Shown: one piece after another, positions 1 through 11,520 of the stretch
How positions within the stretch are numbered: position 1 is the first letter of the stretch
Layout: the number at the start of each line of letters is the position of its first letter
Assembly (NCBI GenBank): GCA_963770935.1
Contig: CAVYRJ010000007.1
Span: 32,001 to 96,000, forward strand
From: Candidatus Bathyarchaeota archaeon
GTDB taxonomy: Archaea; Thermoproteota; Bathyarchaeia; Bathyarchaeales; Bathycorpusculaceae
DNA: 64,000 bases
Direction of reading: 5' to 3'
Made by a program: the position numbers and the translations under genes
The notes under the pieces: model-generated
Database searches by the model: none
The model's input: only the letters and a program-made list of their open reading frames with translations
Told to the model about the DNA's origin: nothing

Positions 1-481
1 TTACTACTTGTCTTCGAATTTGGTGTTTTGGCTTTTAGAGCGGAATATTGATATTGCGGTTATGATCTTGCAAAAAGAATTTGCCCGCCGTACTGTAGCA
101 CCAGTAGGCAGTGAAGAATACAGTTGGTTAACGGTTATCCTAAGTCAGAGAGCGGAAATTGAGCTCTTAGATATTGTGCCCAAAAAAATGTTTTATCCTC
201 AGCCAGAAGTAGATTCAATAATGCTTAAGCTAAACTTTCTGCGCGCCAAACCGTTCGAAGTAAAGGATGCAGCTTTTTTCGTACGAATAACAAAGTGGCT
301 TTTTACACAGCGAAATAAAAAGTTAGGCAAAGCGGTTACACCCTTCATTAGGGACCGCTTCAAGCTGAAAAAGCAGGAAGCCGAGAAACAAGCACTTAGT
401 TTGCCGTTCCATGAGAGGCGAGTGAGAGAATTATCCCCAAAAGATTTTGGAGAAGTAGCAAATGCCTTATCCAACCACTAA
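1..481 (+). CDS. rsmA: 16S rRNA adenine dimethyltransferase (KsgA/Dim1), 5'-truncated by window edge
   Basis: QKEFARR, FYPQPEVDS and LFTQRNKKL motifs of the KsgA C-terminal half. Confidence 0.9.
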   Translation, partial: YYLSSNLVFWLLERNIDIAVMILQKEFARRTVAPVGSEEYSWLTVILSQRAEIELLDIVPKKMFYPQPEVDSIMLKLNFLRAKPFEVKDAAFFVRITKWLFTQRNKKLGKAVTPFIRDRFKLKKQEAEKQALSLPFHERRVRELSPKDFGEVANALSNH

Positions 482-1085
482 GAGAATTCGCTTTGACGAT
501 TATGTTTTTGATTTAAATGATGATGTTTACGAACCTGCTGAAGATACCTTTCTTTTCGCCGAAAACCTTTCCGTTAGGGAAGGCGAAACGGTTTTAGATG
601 TTGGCACTGGATGCGGATTGCTTGGCATATTAGCCGCGAGGAGAGCCTGCATCGTCGTTGCTGTTGACCTAAATCCGTACGCGATTCGCTGTGCAAAAGA
701 AAATTCAATCCTTAATTGTGTGAGCGGTAAAATCGATTTTGTTCAAACAAGCCTTTTTACGGCTCTAAACTTAAAAGCATCCTTTGACTTGATCCTGTTT
801 AATGCTCCTTACTTGCCTTCAAATGAAGATGAGACGAAAACATGGATTGGGCGCTCGTGGGCAGGAGGAACAAATGGAAGGAAAGTAGTTGATTGTTTTA
901 TTTCCGAAGTACCTCATTATTTGAAGCCAAGCGGGCGGGTTCTCTTAATGCAGTCCACGCTTACAGGAGTAAAAGAAACCATTCAAAAATTCAGTTCACA
1001 GGGACTTAACGCAAATGTGAAAGCGGAGTGTAAACTTCCTTTCTTTGAAACCTTAACCCTTATAGAAGCCAAAACAGATGTGTAG
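462..1085 (+). CDS. HemK2/Mtq2-type release-factor glutamine methyltransferase
   Basis: VYEPAEDTFL, LDVGTGCG, FNAPYLP and WAGG motifs. Confidence 0.88.
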   Translation: MPYPTTKRIRFDDYVFDLNDDVYEPAEDTFLFAENLSVREGETVLDVGTGCGLLGILAARRACIVVAVDLNPYAIRCAKENSILNCVSGKIDFVQTSLFTALNLKASFDLILFNAPYLPSNEDETKTWIGRSWAGGTNGRKVVDCFISEVPHYLKPSGRVLLMQSTLTGVKETIQKFSSQGLNANVKAECKLPFFETLTLIEAKTDV

Positions 1086-1135
1086 ACGAAACAATTTAAA
1101 GCCAGAAACCAACTCAATAAGTATTGGTGTATGCT

Positions 1136-1465
1136 ATGACGATTTGGTTTTATGTCAAAACTGATGAAGACCCAAAAGCTGTAGGGGACATTGTCTGTGC
1201 CTTCAACTTCATGCAGGGGCAACATCCTGAGGATAAGTACTCTTGGGTTATTGAGCCTGGACGCGATGAACCTGGCTACTGGGAAATCAAGGGCAAATAT
1301 GCTGCCTTAAAGGATGTCACAATCATATGTATCGTTTATAGAATCGGCGATACTGTGGTTTTTGCTGAAATCGACGACGACTTGTCCCCAAACTTTATCG
1401 ACCCACTAGTAGCCAAGTATGGGTTTGATAATGTCAAGTGGTTTGTTGTCCCCACAAAAGGATAG
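1136..1465 (+). CDS. hypothetical protein (~109 aa, acidic)
   Basis: Clean ORF filling the gap between genes, GGTG upstream of the ATG, protein-like composition; no family recognised. Confidence 0.65.
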   Translation: MTIWFYVKTDEDPKAVGDIVCAFNFMQGQHPEDKYSWVIEPGRDEPGYWEIKGKYAALKDVTIICIVYRIGDTVVFAEIDDDLSPNFIDPLVAKYGFDNVKWFVVPTKG

Positions 1466-1482
1466 GTTAGTGCCTATCCTTC

Positions 1483-1967
1483 TTATTGCTTGTCGTATTT
1501 TTCGACTTCAGGATTCATTATACAAAGCTCTATGCCTGCTTGCTTAAACATTTCAATAGTATCCGCATCAGCATGGTACCTTTTCTCGCAGACCACACGT
1601 TTGATTCCAGCGTTAATTATTATCATAGCACAGGTGCGACAAGGAGTCATTTTACAGAAAAGCGTGGTTCCCTCAAGGGGATACCAAATCTTGCAGCTTG
1701 GATAATTGCGTTTTGCTCTGCATGCAGCGTCCGAACACAATGCTGGGTGACTTCTCCGTTGGAGTTGAATACTTTGCGCAAATCATGCCCTGCTTCGTCG
1801 CAATGCGGCAAACCTGCAGGAGCACCAACATACCCTGTAGTCATGATTCGTTTGTCCTTGACAATGACACAACCGCTTCTTCCGCGGTCACATGTTGCAC
1901 GCCTAGCCACTGCTTCACACATGTCCAAAAAGTACCTGTCCCAATTGGGTCTTGAACCATTACTCAC
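1483..1967 (-). CDS. dCMP deaminase (ComEB-like), one frameshift near 1677-1680
   Basis: HAEQNAI motif in ORF 1647..1967 and TPCRTC in ORF 1483..1740; adding one C to the CCCC run joins GIPL-EGTTLF. Confidence 0.85.
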
Positions 1968-2038
1968 TTTATTGCCTCAACCGTTTTAGAACATAGTTTA
2001 TTAAACAAATTAATAAATTGTATCTGAAGCTAAACCGT

Positions 2039-3338
2039 TTATTTCTCAAGGATGTGGATTTCTCTGCCAACCATGTGGCGCTCATCCATTTCAACCAAGG
2101 ATGAAGTGTTAATTAACCGTTCAAGTCCACCTGCGCTTTGCGAGAACATTTCTTTCGTAAAAGCATAATAAACTTTAAACCCAAGTTGCTCAAGCTTCTC
2201 ACCAATAGGCATAGTCACTGATTGCCCCGAACGCGTTTTAATGTATGGAGTAACCAACACTAAACGTCCACCGGGCATTAAAGCTCTATATGCTTGTTCC
2301 AAGAAACCGAAATACAGCGGTTCCAGCTTCTCAATAATTTTTTCCGCGTATGGACCAGTTGGCACCTGCCGCAAGGCTGGACCCAAATCAGGTTCACAAA
2401 CAATACAATCAACCGCTTCCTGACCAATCTTCTCCACTAACTTGCTAACGTCTCCTTGCAGAACCCTAAAATCCGAACCCTCAAGCCCATATTCCCGTAC
2501 TAACCACTCAAGGTTTTCGCTTGCGGCTTTAACACACCAAGGGTTAACATCCATGCCCACAACCATTGCCTTCTCCAATAACGCTTCCTGAAGAATCGTG
2601 CCAACGCCGCAGAATGGATCGAGCAACACCAATCCAGGCGCACACGCAGACAAGTTAACCATAATTCTTGCTATCCTAGGAGGCATCCCGAAGATTTTTC
2701 GTTGATTAGGCTTGTAAATGTCTCTTTTCTGGAACTCAAAGGGGTTATGCACCGCAACCGTTGTTGCAACAAATGTTTCGTTTCTACCTATGCAGAATAA
2801 TACCTCTGCTTTGTTTTCAACTAAATTCTTCTTTAACACTTCAACGTGGCTTAGCTGAGCTTGTTTGCGGTCGTTGGAAAATCCCATGAACTTTGATTTT
2901 TTACCTAAATCAGCCAACTCATCCTTAAGAGCGCTTCCGACAAACCGCTGGATACCCATAGACGATGACCTGAGGCGTGCTTTCAGTGCAGTATACGCTA
3001 ACTCCAAATAACACCTTCTCCTCAGATTTAGCAATTCCCTCAACTATACTACTCAACGCCAAAGATTCGATTATCTCCGATTTAGCTTGCTTGTTCTTTT
3101 TTAGGAACGCTTCCTTGATTGTTTCTGTTGAAAACTTTGTTTTTACTTCGCCAATTTTTATTGTTCCCCCCAAATCCATTATTATCGTCGATTCGAATTC
3201 TTTTTCAAAGGATAAAGCGAAGAATTCGCCGGAGAAAAACTGGATCTCAAACCTGATGTCTCTGGCTTTAAAGTAAGCGGTTAGCTCCGCTAATGAGAGC
3301 ATCCAATTTTTCCCTGAAATAAACAGGCATGTTGGCAT
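2039..3338 (-). CDS. Trm11/TrmG10-like tRNA methyltransferase (THUMP-like + SAM domain), one frameshift near 2975
   Basis: MPPRIARIMVNL, LLDPFCGVGTILQEA and CEPDLG; N-terminal part in ORF 2925..3338. Confidence 0.8.
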
Positions 3339-3506
3339 TTGGGAATCAAAAAGTAAACCTTACTATATAAGTTGATGATAGTCAACACTTGAATTTGATA
3401 TTTTAAGTAAATTAGTGGAACAGAGAAAATACACGGAAGTATCGTCGTGTATTTACAAATCGTTTAAATATTGCTGGGCGCAAATCCCTTACAAAAGGGA
3501 TGCGGC

Positions 3507-4049
3507 ATGCAAGCACGAAACTACAGGCACGTAAAAAATCGGGCCTACACGAGAAAAAAATACGCTAGAGGTTTTCCCCCACCAAAAATTGTAAAGTTCA
3601 CTATGGGGGATACAAAGGGAACCTTTGAAGTCGAAGGACAACTAATCGCACAGGAACGAGCTCAAATACGCCACAGTGCCTTAGAAGCAGCACGTGTAGC
3701 TACAAACCGTATCTTGATGGATAAACTCATAAATGATTACCTAATGGTTGTTCATCCATACCCACACATAATCCTAAGAGAAAACAAAATGATTTTTGGC
3801 GCTCACGCTGACCGACTTCAACAGGGAATGAGACGTTCCTTCGGCACAGCAATCGGCACAGCCGCAAAAGTAGAAGTAGGCCAACCCATCATAACAGTCA
3901 AAGTGAAAGCTGGTCAAGAGGCAATAGCCAAAGAATCCCTCAAAAGAGGAAGCGCAAAACTTCCAATACCATGCAAAATAGTTATCTCAAAAATTAAAAC
4001 TTCTCCAATCATGACCGAAACGGCTGAACCGGAGACGGAGACAACTTGA
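3507..4049 (+). CDS. rpl10e: 50S ribosomal protein L10e/uL16
   Basis: QIRHSALEAARV, HPYPHIILRENK and GADRLQQGMRRSFG-type motifs. Confidence 0.96.
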   Translation: MQARNYRHVKNRAYTRKKYARGFPPPKIVKFTMGDTKGTFEVEGQLIAQERAQIRHSALEAARVATNRILMDKLINDYLMVVHPYPHIILRENKMIFGAHADRLQQGMRRSFGTAIGTAAKVEVGQPIITVKVKAGQEAIAKESLKRGSAKLPIPCKIVISKIKTSPIMTETAEPETETT

Positions 4050-6475
4050 GCGCCAAAGAGAAAGAATTGGTTTTATGGTTTGATAATTTAAGAAACACTG
4101 ACGTATCCATTGTTGGCGGCAAGAACGCCAGCCTTGGCGAAATGATCCACGCCGCGCTACCTGTTCCTTTTGGTTTTGCGGTAACTGCTTTTTCATATGA
4201 GCGATATATTCAAGAGAAAAAAATTGCCGAACAGATTTACAAGATTATTGCGGAAACAGTCACAAACCCAAACGACCCTAGACAGTACGATACTGCATCA
4301 AAAAAAATCCGTGAACTTATAGAAAAAACTCTGATGCCTAAAGACATTGAAACCGCCATAAGGAAAGCTTACGTCGAATTAAACAAACGTTTTAACTTAA
4401 AAGACACCTTTGTCGCGGTACGGTCAAGCGCAACTGCTGAAGACTTGCCTGATGCGTCGTTTGCGGGTCAACAGGAAACTTTCCTAAACGTCAAAGGTGC
4501 AGACGACCTCATCGACAAGGTGAGGAAATGCTGGTCTAGCCTCTTTACACCAAGAGCCATATTTTACCGAACCGAGAAAGGTTTCCCACACGAAAAAGTC
4601 TTCATTAGCGTCGGTGTCCAAAAAATGGTTAACTCCCGCGCCGCAGGAGTCATGTTCACTATCAATCCAGTTACAGGTAACAGAGACGAAATCGTAATCG
4701 AAGGCAACTTCGGCTTAGGAGAAACCGTCGTCTCAGGCGCAGTTAACCCCGACGATTTCGTTGTCGACAAGAACTCGATGCTGATAAAAGAACGCCGCAT
4801 CTCACGCAAAACAGTCAAGTATGTCCGCGACCCCAAAACTGGAAAAACTGTTCACCTGGACATCCCTGAATCTGAACAAAAAACTGTCTGCATAAGCGAC
4901 CAAGAAATCAACAAACTTGCTGAACTTGCCAAGCGCATCGAGAAGCATTACGGTAAACCCATGGATATTGAATGGGCAATAGATCAAGATCTTTCTTTTC
5001 CTGAGAATATGATGTTAGTTCAAGCTCGTCCAGAAACCGTTTTCGGAACAAAAACAACGGAAGCGATCAAAAATGGAAGAAAACAAAGCTCAAGACCTAA
5101 AGGTTATAGTTCGAGGAATCTCCGCCGGCAGAAGAGGCTACGGCATCGGCAAAGCCAAAGGTTGTCCTAAACATTGAAGATGCCCACAATAGAAATGTGC
5201 AAAGGCGATGTTCTTGTTACAGGCATGACTGACCCTGACTTTGTACCCTTTATGAAAATGGCAAGCGCCATAGTCACCGACAAAGGCGGCATTACATCGC
5301 ACGCAGCCATCGTAAGCCGAGAACTCAACATCCCATGTGTTGTAGGCACTGAAAACGCTACACAAATAATGAAAACAGGCCAAGAATACACGGTGGATTC
5401 AAGAAACGGCGTTATCTACGAAGGCATAATGGCACAAGCAGTTCAACCAGCCGCATCAAACAACGGCGGCGGAGTCATGCAAGTGGCCGACGCTGCTCCC
5501 GTAACAGCTACAAAGATTTACATGAACCTCGGAACTCCCGAGATGATTGAGCAATACAAGAACTTGCCGTTTGAAGGCATCGGATTAATGCGTACAGAAT
5601 TCATCTTAGCCAGCGCCATAGGTCAACACCCAATGGCGTTTGTTGATGCAGGCCAAAGCCAACAATTCGTCGACAAACTTGCTGACGGCATCGCAACCGT
5701 TGCCCGTGCAATCCAGCCTAAACCAGTCGTGGTGCGTTTAAGCGACTTTAAAACTAACGAGTATCGAGGCTTGAAAGGTGGCGACAAATACGAAATTATC
5801 GAAGAAAACCCCATGTTGGGTTGGAGAGGATGTAGCCGCTATATAAGCAAATGGTACGACAAAGCCTTCCGACTGGAATGTCAAGCTATCAAGAAATGCC
5901 GCACCGAATGGGGGCTCAAAAACGTCTACGTTATGCTGCCCATGGTTAGAACCCTCTGGGAAGCAAAAGCTGTTCTTAAACTCATGAGCGAGGAAGGGTT
6001 AGAACGCAACAAAGACTTCAAGATCTGGTTCATGGCTGAAACACCATCAATCGGAATCATGGCTGACGAATTCAGCAAACTCGTCGACGGCTTCAGCATA
6101 GGCTCTAATGACATGACTCAAGGTGTGCTGATGATTGACCGCGACTCTGAACGGCTTGGGCAGATGGGCTATTTCGACGAACGTGACCCAGCAGTCAAAC
6201 GCATCATTGCCCACCTCATAAAAGCCGCCCACGAAAACGGATGCACCGTTTCCATCTGCGGTGAAGGACCATCGAATTTGCCTGACTTCGCAGAATTCCT
6301 CGTCCGAGTCGGCATCGACAGTATATCCGTAAACAACGATGCCGTAGTCCAAACACGCAAACACGTTGCAAGCGTCGAGCAAAAAATAATCCTTGAACGC
6401 CTCGCAGAACAAGCAGCAATAGCCCGCGGGCAACCCCTCAAGAAGCCAACCCAAGACTGGGAATGGCAGCTTTAA
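4046..6475 (+). CDS. ppsA: phosphoenolpyruvate synthase, interrupted by about three +1 indels at 5068-5190
   Basis: [43 protein letters not shown] (phospho-His), [18 protein letters not shown]. Confidence 0.92.
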
Positions 6476-6555
6476 GCCCAAAAGCCCCCTGCGACCAGTG
6501 CAACCTTTTAGTTTTATTTTTTATTATTCTCTATATACAAATATGAGGGCAGAGT

Positions 6556-7557
6556 ATGTTAGGGTTTGATTTTGAAGAGGAAAGAATAAAACAAGAAATC
6601 ACCAATCTCGCTGCCAAACGCGTTCTTCTGCAGATGCCTGAAGGATTAAAACCCCAAGCCCCCAAAATAGCAAAACTTGTCGAGAAAAGTGGCGCGGTTG
6701 CGATAATTTCAGCCGACCCATGCTACGGTGCATGCGACATTGCCATTGCTGAAGCGGAAGGTTTAGGCGTAGATTTGATTGTGCATTTTGGGCATGCGAA
6801 GATGGTTAAGCATGAACCGATTCCAACAATTTATGTGGAAGCCCGGGCAACCGTAACTGTCGACCAAGCTGTCGAACAATCCGTTACGCTCTTGAGCGAC
6901 TATACAAAAATCGGTCTGGCAACATCAGTGCAACATTTACAAATGCTCGACCAAGCAAGAGAAATCCTTGTCCGAGCTGGAAAAACCGTTATAATTGGCG
7001 ACACAGGAAAAATGGTCTACCCCGGACAAGTAAGCGGCTGCAACTACAGCAACGTAAAATCCATAACCAACGAAGTTGAAGCTTTCCTTTTTGTCGGAGG
7101 CGGAATGTTCCACGCGTTAGGCATTGCCCTGAGCACCTCTAAACCAACCATTATAGCTGACCCATATGATAACAGGGCTTACCCGATAAGTGGTGAGGCT
7201 CAAAAGATTCTCAGGCAGCGCTTTGCAAGCATCCAAGAAGCAAAAAACGCCAAGAAGTTTGGGGTTTTTGTCGGGTTAAAGCCTGGGCAAAAACATCTCG
7301 AGAGTGCCCTAAGGATTAAGGAGTTAGCGGAGAAAAATGGTAAAGCAGCATACTTGTTGGCTGCTAGGGAAATTAATCCGGAGACGCTTTTGGAATTTCC
7401 ATCCTTTGATGCTTACGTGAACACTGCTTGTCCCCGTGTTTCTCTTGAGGCAACGAGAAAGTTTGGGAAGCCTGTTTTGACGGTTAATGAGTTTATGGTG
7501 GTTTGCGGCGAATCTTCATGGGAGAACATGCTCAAAAAAGGCTTATTCGAAAACTAG
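6556..7557 (+). CDS. dph2: diphthamide biosynthesis enzyme Dph2
   Basis: [27 protein letters not shown] and TACPRV (three Fe-S Cys). Confidence 0.95.
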   Translation: MLGFDFEEERIKQEITNLAAKRVLLQMPEGLKPQAPKIAKLVEKSGAVAIISADPCYGACDIAIAEAEGLGVDLIVHFGHAKMVKHEPIPTIYVEARATVTVDQAVEQSVTLLSDYTKIGLATSVQHLQMLDQAREILVRAGKTVIIGDTGKMVYPGQVSGCNYSNVKSITNEVEAFLFVGGGMFHALGIALSTSKPTIIADPYDNRAYPISGEAQKILRQRFASIQEAKNAKKFGVFVGLKPGQKHLESALRIKELAEKNGKAAYLLAAREINPETLLEFPSFDAYVNTACPRVSLEATRKFGKPVLTVNEFMVVCGESSWENMLKKGLFEN

Positions 7558-8219
7558 ATTTGGAGCGGTTCCTCTCTAAAGTTTCTCCCCAACCTAATCC
7601 CCAAGTGCACTTGGAACAGTACACAGTTTCAGAGCAGCTTGCCGCAAACATGCTATACATCGCTGCCTACGCAAACGACGACATTGTTGGCAAGTCAGTG
7701 TTGGATCTTGGGTGCGGTACAGGCAGGCTTGCGTTAGGCGCATTGTATCTTGGCGCCAAGGAAGTTGTGGGTGTTGACATTGACAGGTCCGCTATTAAAA
7801 CAGCCCATGAAAACTCTCGTAAAGCTGGTTTGGCTAATGGTGTTCAATTAGTTAATGGCGATATCAACACTATTGTGGGCAAGTTTGATACTGTCTTGCA
7901 GAATCCGCCTTTTGGAGTGCAAACGCGTGAGGCTGACCGCGCATTCATAGTAAAAGCCCTCGAAGTTAGCAATTCAATATACACGCTCCATAACCATCCC
8001 GAAGTCGATACACGGTTGATTAAACAGCTCAAAGCCCGCCAAGGATTCCTGCAAGTTCCTGCTTCTCCCTTCATTGAAAGGTTCGTTACCAAACATCTTG
8101 GCACCGTTAGCGCAGTTTATGCCATGCTAATGACGATTCCTCGCATGTTCGACTTCCACACAAAACTAAAACATGACTTTGTCATCGACTTGTATGTTAT
8201 CAAAAAGAAAGAGTCCTAA
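7518..8219 (+). CDS. METTL5-family m6A RNA methyltransferase
   Basis: [20 protein letters not shown] and FHTK motifs; typical position after dph2. Confidence 0.88.
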   Translation: MGEHAQKRLIRKLDLERFLSKVSPQPNPQVHLEQYTVSEQLAANMLYIAAYANDDIVGKSVLDLGCGTGRLALGALYLGAKEVVGVDIDRSAIKTAHENSRKAGLANGVQLVNGDINTIVGKFDTVLQNPPFGVQTREADRAFIVKALEVSNSIYTLHNHPEVDTRLIKQLKARQGFLQVPASPFIERFVTKHLGTVSAVYAMLMTIPRMFDFHTKLKHDFVIDLYVIKKKES

Positions 8220-8345
8220 GCAGATTTTTTTGTTGCCAGTGAAATCGTATTTTTGTTTATTAATCAAAAGGTTTATTGCGAGGAATGGAAACTAAGCATA
8301 TGCATTTATCAAAATTAAGCTTATTCACAAGTAAAGGGAACCATC

Positions 8346-8927
8346 ATGAGTCTAAAATCTCCAGAACAAAAAAGCGGTCATTTAGTTTTGCCTGGCGAAC
8401 GCTTAGGCGTTATTGAAGAATTTATTCCAGACTCGGGAACATACGTTAAGGACGGCGTTATCTTCTCAAAGATTGTTGGTCGCTCACTTATGGATCTGCA
8501 AACCAGACGTGTATCTGTTTATCCCGTAGTCGAAGGAGTGGTGGTCCCAAAAGTTGGAACTGTCGTCATCGGACAAGTTGGCAATGCTCAATCTGACAAT
8601 GTGTTAGTAAAAATCTTTAGGATTGGACGTAAGAAACTCACGGGCAATTTTGGCGGCATTCTGCATGTTTCTGACGTTTCTGACCGTTACGTAGATCAGA
8701 TAAGTGACGTTTGCAAGACTGGTGACATCCTTAAAGCTAAAGTCATAAGTGAAAAGAACCAAGTTTTCCACTTATCAACTAACGATAAGGGGTTGGGTGT
8801 TTTGTACGGTTTCTGTTCACGATGTAGCACCTTGCTTGAGCAGCATGGGTATGACCTTAAATGTCCAAAGGATGGCAACGTTGAAACACGTAAGATAGCT
8901 CCAGATTACGGCAAAGAACAAATTTAA
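8346..8927 (+). CDS. csl4: exosome RNA-binding subunit Csl4
   Basis: VLPGERLGVIEEF, S1 domain, C-terminal Zn ribbon followed by ETRKIA. Confidence 0.93.
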   Translation: MSLKSPEQKSGHLVLPGERLGVIEEFIPDSGTYVKDGVIFSKIVGRSLMDLQTRRVSVYPVVEGVVVPKVGTVVIGQVGNAQSDNVLVKIFRIGRKKLTGNFGGILHVSDVSDRYVDQISDVCKTGDILKAKVISEKNQVFHLSTNDKGLGVLYGFCSRCSTLLEQHGYDLKCPKDGNVETRKIAPDYGKEQI

Positions 8928-8944
8928 CAAAGGCGAAAAATAGC

Positions 8945-9226
8945 ATGAAAGTTAAAGTGTTAAAGAAATCAGAAAACGAGCTAAAAATAGAGATTGAAGG
9001 CTCCAGCCATGGACTCTGTAACCTTTTGGCAAAGAGACTTTTGGAAGACAAAAAAGTAGAGTTTGCAGGTTACGATGTACCGCATCCTTTAGCTTCAAGC
9101 CCCATTATCTACGTTAGAACTAAAGGCACTTACAAACCTGAAGATGCATTGATTGAGGCTACAGAGAAAGTACGGCAAGCAAATGATGCTTTCGGTAAAG
9201 AGCTCGAGCGTGTCCTCAAAGTCTAA
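8945..9226 (+). CDS. rpoL: RNA polymerase subunit L (Rpo11)
   Basis: EIEGSSHGLCNLL and FAGYDVPHPL. Confidence 0.95.
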   Translation: MKVKVLKKSENELKIEIEGSSHGLCNLLAKRLLEDKKVEFAGYDVPHPLASSPIIYVRTKGTYKPEDALIEATEKVRQANDAFGKELERVLKV

Positions 9227-9349
9227 ATCCCATTAAATTTTTGTTGTTTCTTTTAGGTTTCTTTTGTTTAGACTTAAACCCAACTTGAGACTGTTTTGCG
9301 ATTACTTTAATTTAAAAAACCAACCTTATACTGTTTTAAGGGGAAAAGT

Positions 9350-9933
9350 TTGAGCAACCAAAAAGCGTTTCGAGTCATAAAACCAGAAATTCGAGTGCTC
9401 GGTATAGATGATGGAAAATTCATCCCTCACACACAAGGCAACGTTATTGTCGTTGGCGTAGTACTCCGAGGCGGCTCCTCGATTGATGGCGTTATGCATA
9501 CAACTGTTGCAATTGATGGTTTGGATGCTACAGAAAAATTGGCGTCAATGATTAACACGTCGCCGCATCGTAGGCAACTGCGTTTGGTAATGCTAAACGG
9601 AATAACTTTAGCGGGCTTCAATCTTGTTGACATAAAAAAATTGCATGAGACAACAAAGCTTCCAGTTATGGCTTTGACCTGCATGAAAAACCTGACTTAG
9701 ACTCTATCTATGAAGCCCTAAAACACTTGCCTGACACCAAGGAACGTTGGCACATAGTTCTTGAAGCAGGAGAAATCCACGAACTTATCAATAGAGGCAC
9801 TAAAATTTATGTGGAGATCGCTGGAATATCACTTGCTGATGCACAAAAAATTATTGAGCTAACTTCTTCAAGGAGCAGTGTGCCTGAACCAATACGTGTT
9901 GCCCATCTTATCGCATCTGGAATTACCACTTGA
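9350..9933 (+). CDS. DUF99/endonuclease-V-like protein, frameshift near 9680-9690
   Basis: VLGIDDG, DGLDATE, GITLAGFNLVDI; second frame continues HEKPDLDSIYEALKHLP...VPEPIRVAHLIASG. Confidence 0.82.
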
Positions 9934-10005
9934 CCTAGGCTAAATTAGAAAAAGTTTAAAAGGTACAATGCTAAGGGATTCCCAAAACGTGTGGAGTAAT
10001 GTACT

Positions 10006-10362
10006 ATGGAATTCTGCCCTAAATGTGGTTCACGTCTTGAACCAAAGAAATCAAAAAGTGGCAAAGAAGCAACTCTGGTTCTTGCATGTTCAAAGTGCGG
10101 CTACAAAAAGCCTGAAGCAGACAAAAAAATTGAAACCAAAGTTGCACCCAAAGTTATTCAGCATACTCCCCAACAGTTTGTAGCTGTAATCGGCAAAGAA
10201 GAGCAGAAGTTAAGTACTCTGCCGACGGTGCGTATTGAGTGCCCAAGATGCGGCAATAACACGGCTTATGTTTGGCAAGTGCAAACACGAGGCGCAGATG
10301 AGTCTTCAACTCAGTTTCTACGTTGCACCAAATGCAATTACACGTATAGGGAATACAGCTAA
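10006..10362 (+). CDS. tfs: transcription elongation factor S (TFS/RpoM family)
   Basis: Two Zn ribbons; QTRGADE with the acidic DE pair intact. Confidence 0.93.
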   Translation: MEFCPKCGSRLEPKKSKSGKEATLVLACSKCGYKKPEADKKIETKVAPKVIQHTPQQFVAVIGKEEQKLSTLPTVRIECPRCGNNTAYVWQVQTRGADESSTQFLRCTKCNYTYREYS

Positions 10363-10452
10363 ACGTCTTTCAAATTTTTTCTTATCTTTTTCAAGCATAG
10401 CAATGTGAAGCTATGGCAGACGCATTCTTTTTTAAATCCATGTGCATGTTTA

Positions 10453-11520
10453 ATGGTTGTGTGCGGTTTGAACAACCAAGAAAATCAGCCAAAACCTAAA
10501 AAATACTCAAGTATCCTCATTAAAATCCTGCCGCTAATCGCATTCGCCGCCCCATTAGCGCTGATTTATTTTCTAAACCCGACGGATCCACACATGAAAA
10601 TTTCAGCGCAGGATTCTTTCCAGTTAATGTGGAAGGGCAGAACTTTCCAGTTGTTCTTCATCTGGCTGGTTGCGTTGGAGTTTATTCTCAGTTGGGAAAG
10701 CATTAAGTTAAGAATAAGCAGGCAAAACAAAGCAGGTGCCCTTGCTTTTGCCTTGGTTTTGTTGCTTCCAACATTGTACGTAGTGATAGCGAATTTTTTT
10801 GGGTTAAACTCTGCCATTGCAAACTGGGCATCTCAAAGCGGAGTTACTTTTTCAGGATCGATGCCGCTTGCAATCGAGTATCTTGTTTTTTCACTTCTCT
10901 ATTTCGTGACAACTTTGTTGTCTTTTGGAAAGAAGGGTTTGGTGGGTTTTGCTTTGCCTGCTTTGTTTGTCGGCTTGGTCGGGGTTCTCTACACTATCGA
11001 TAATGTTTTTCCTTACGGACAATTTACGCCGTTTCAGCTTTTAGTTCCAACAACTGCCACTCTTGCCTCTGGCATTTTGGGTTTAATGGGGAACACTGCT
11101 GTGCTTGGCACTGAAATTGGAACTGGAATGCCAACCCTTCAAGTTTATGGCGTATTGGGAACTGCAAAGTTCGCGATAGCTTGGCCTTGCGCAGGCATTG
11201 AAAGTTTACTTATCTTTACGGCTGTGGCTTTGCTGTTTTTAAAACGGATGAACATTTCTTGGAAAGCCAAAATAGGTTTCTTTGTCTTTGGTGCAGCAGT
11301 TACGTACTTCATAAATGTGCTGAGAATTGTTAGTATTTTCAACATTGGGATGGAGTTTGGCGTAACCTCAAATCAAGTACAAACATTCCACTTCTACTAT
11401 GGACCATTGTACGCGATGGCGTGGATTATCTCTTATCCACTGATCATTCTCGCAAGCCAAGGGCTATGGCGAAAAATTAAAATTAGCAAACTTCAACCAA
11501 TACCGCTAAACCCTGCTTAA
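10453..11520 (+). CDS. archaeosortase/exosortase-family transpeptidase (thaumarchaeosortase-like)
   Basis: Multi-TM protein with IAWPCAG (Cys), INVLRI (Arg) and FHFYYG (His); WKGRTF N-terminal motif. Confidence 0.82.
   Translation: MVVCGLNNQENQPKPKKYSSILIKILPLIAFAAPLALIYFLNPTDPHMKISAQDSFQLMWKGRTFQLFFIWLVALEFILSWESIKLRISRQNKAGALAFALVLLLPTLYVVIANFFGLNSAIANWASQSGVTFSGSMPLAIEYLVFSLLYFVTTLLSFGKKGLVGFALPALFVGLVGVLYTIDNVFPYGQFTPFQLLVPTTATLASGILGLMGNTAVLGTEIGTGMPTLQVYGVLGTAKFAIAWPCAGIESLLIFTAVALLFLKRMNISWKAKIGFFVFGAAVTYFINVLRIVSIFNIGMEFGVTSNQVQTFHFYYGPLYAMAWIISYPLIILASQGLWRKIKISKLQPIPLNPA

Noticed and set aside
5060-5195. Programmed frameshifting or a natural split of ppsA
   Set aside because: Three separate +1 shifts in short A/G runs sum to the original frame, and neighbouring genes show similar indels; sequencing error is more parsimonious
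9690-9727. Pyrrolysine/selenocysteine readthrough at internal stops
   Set aside because: The homologous sequence continues in a different frame, not past the stop
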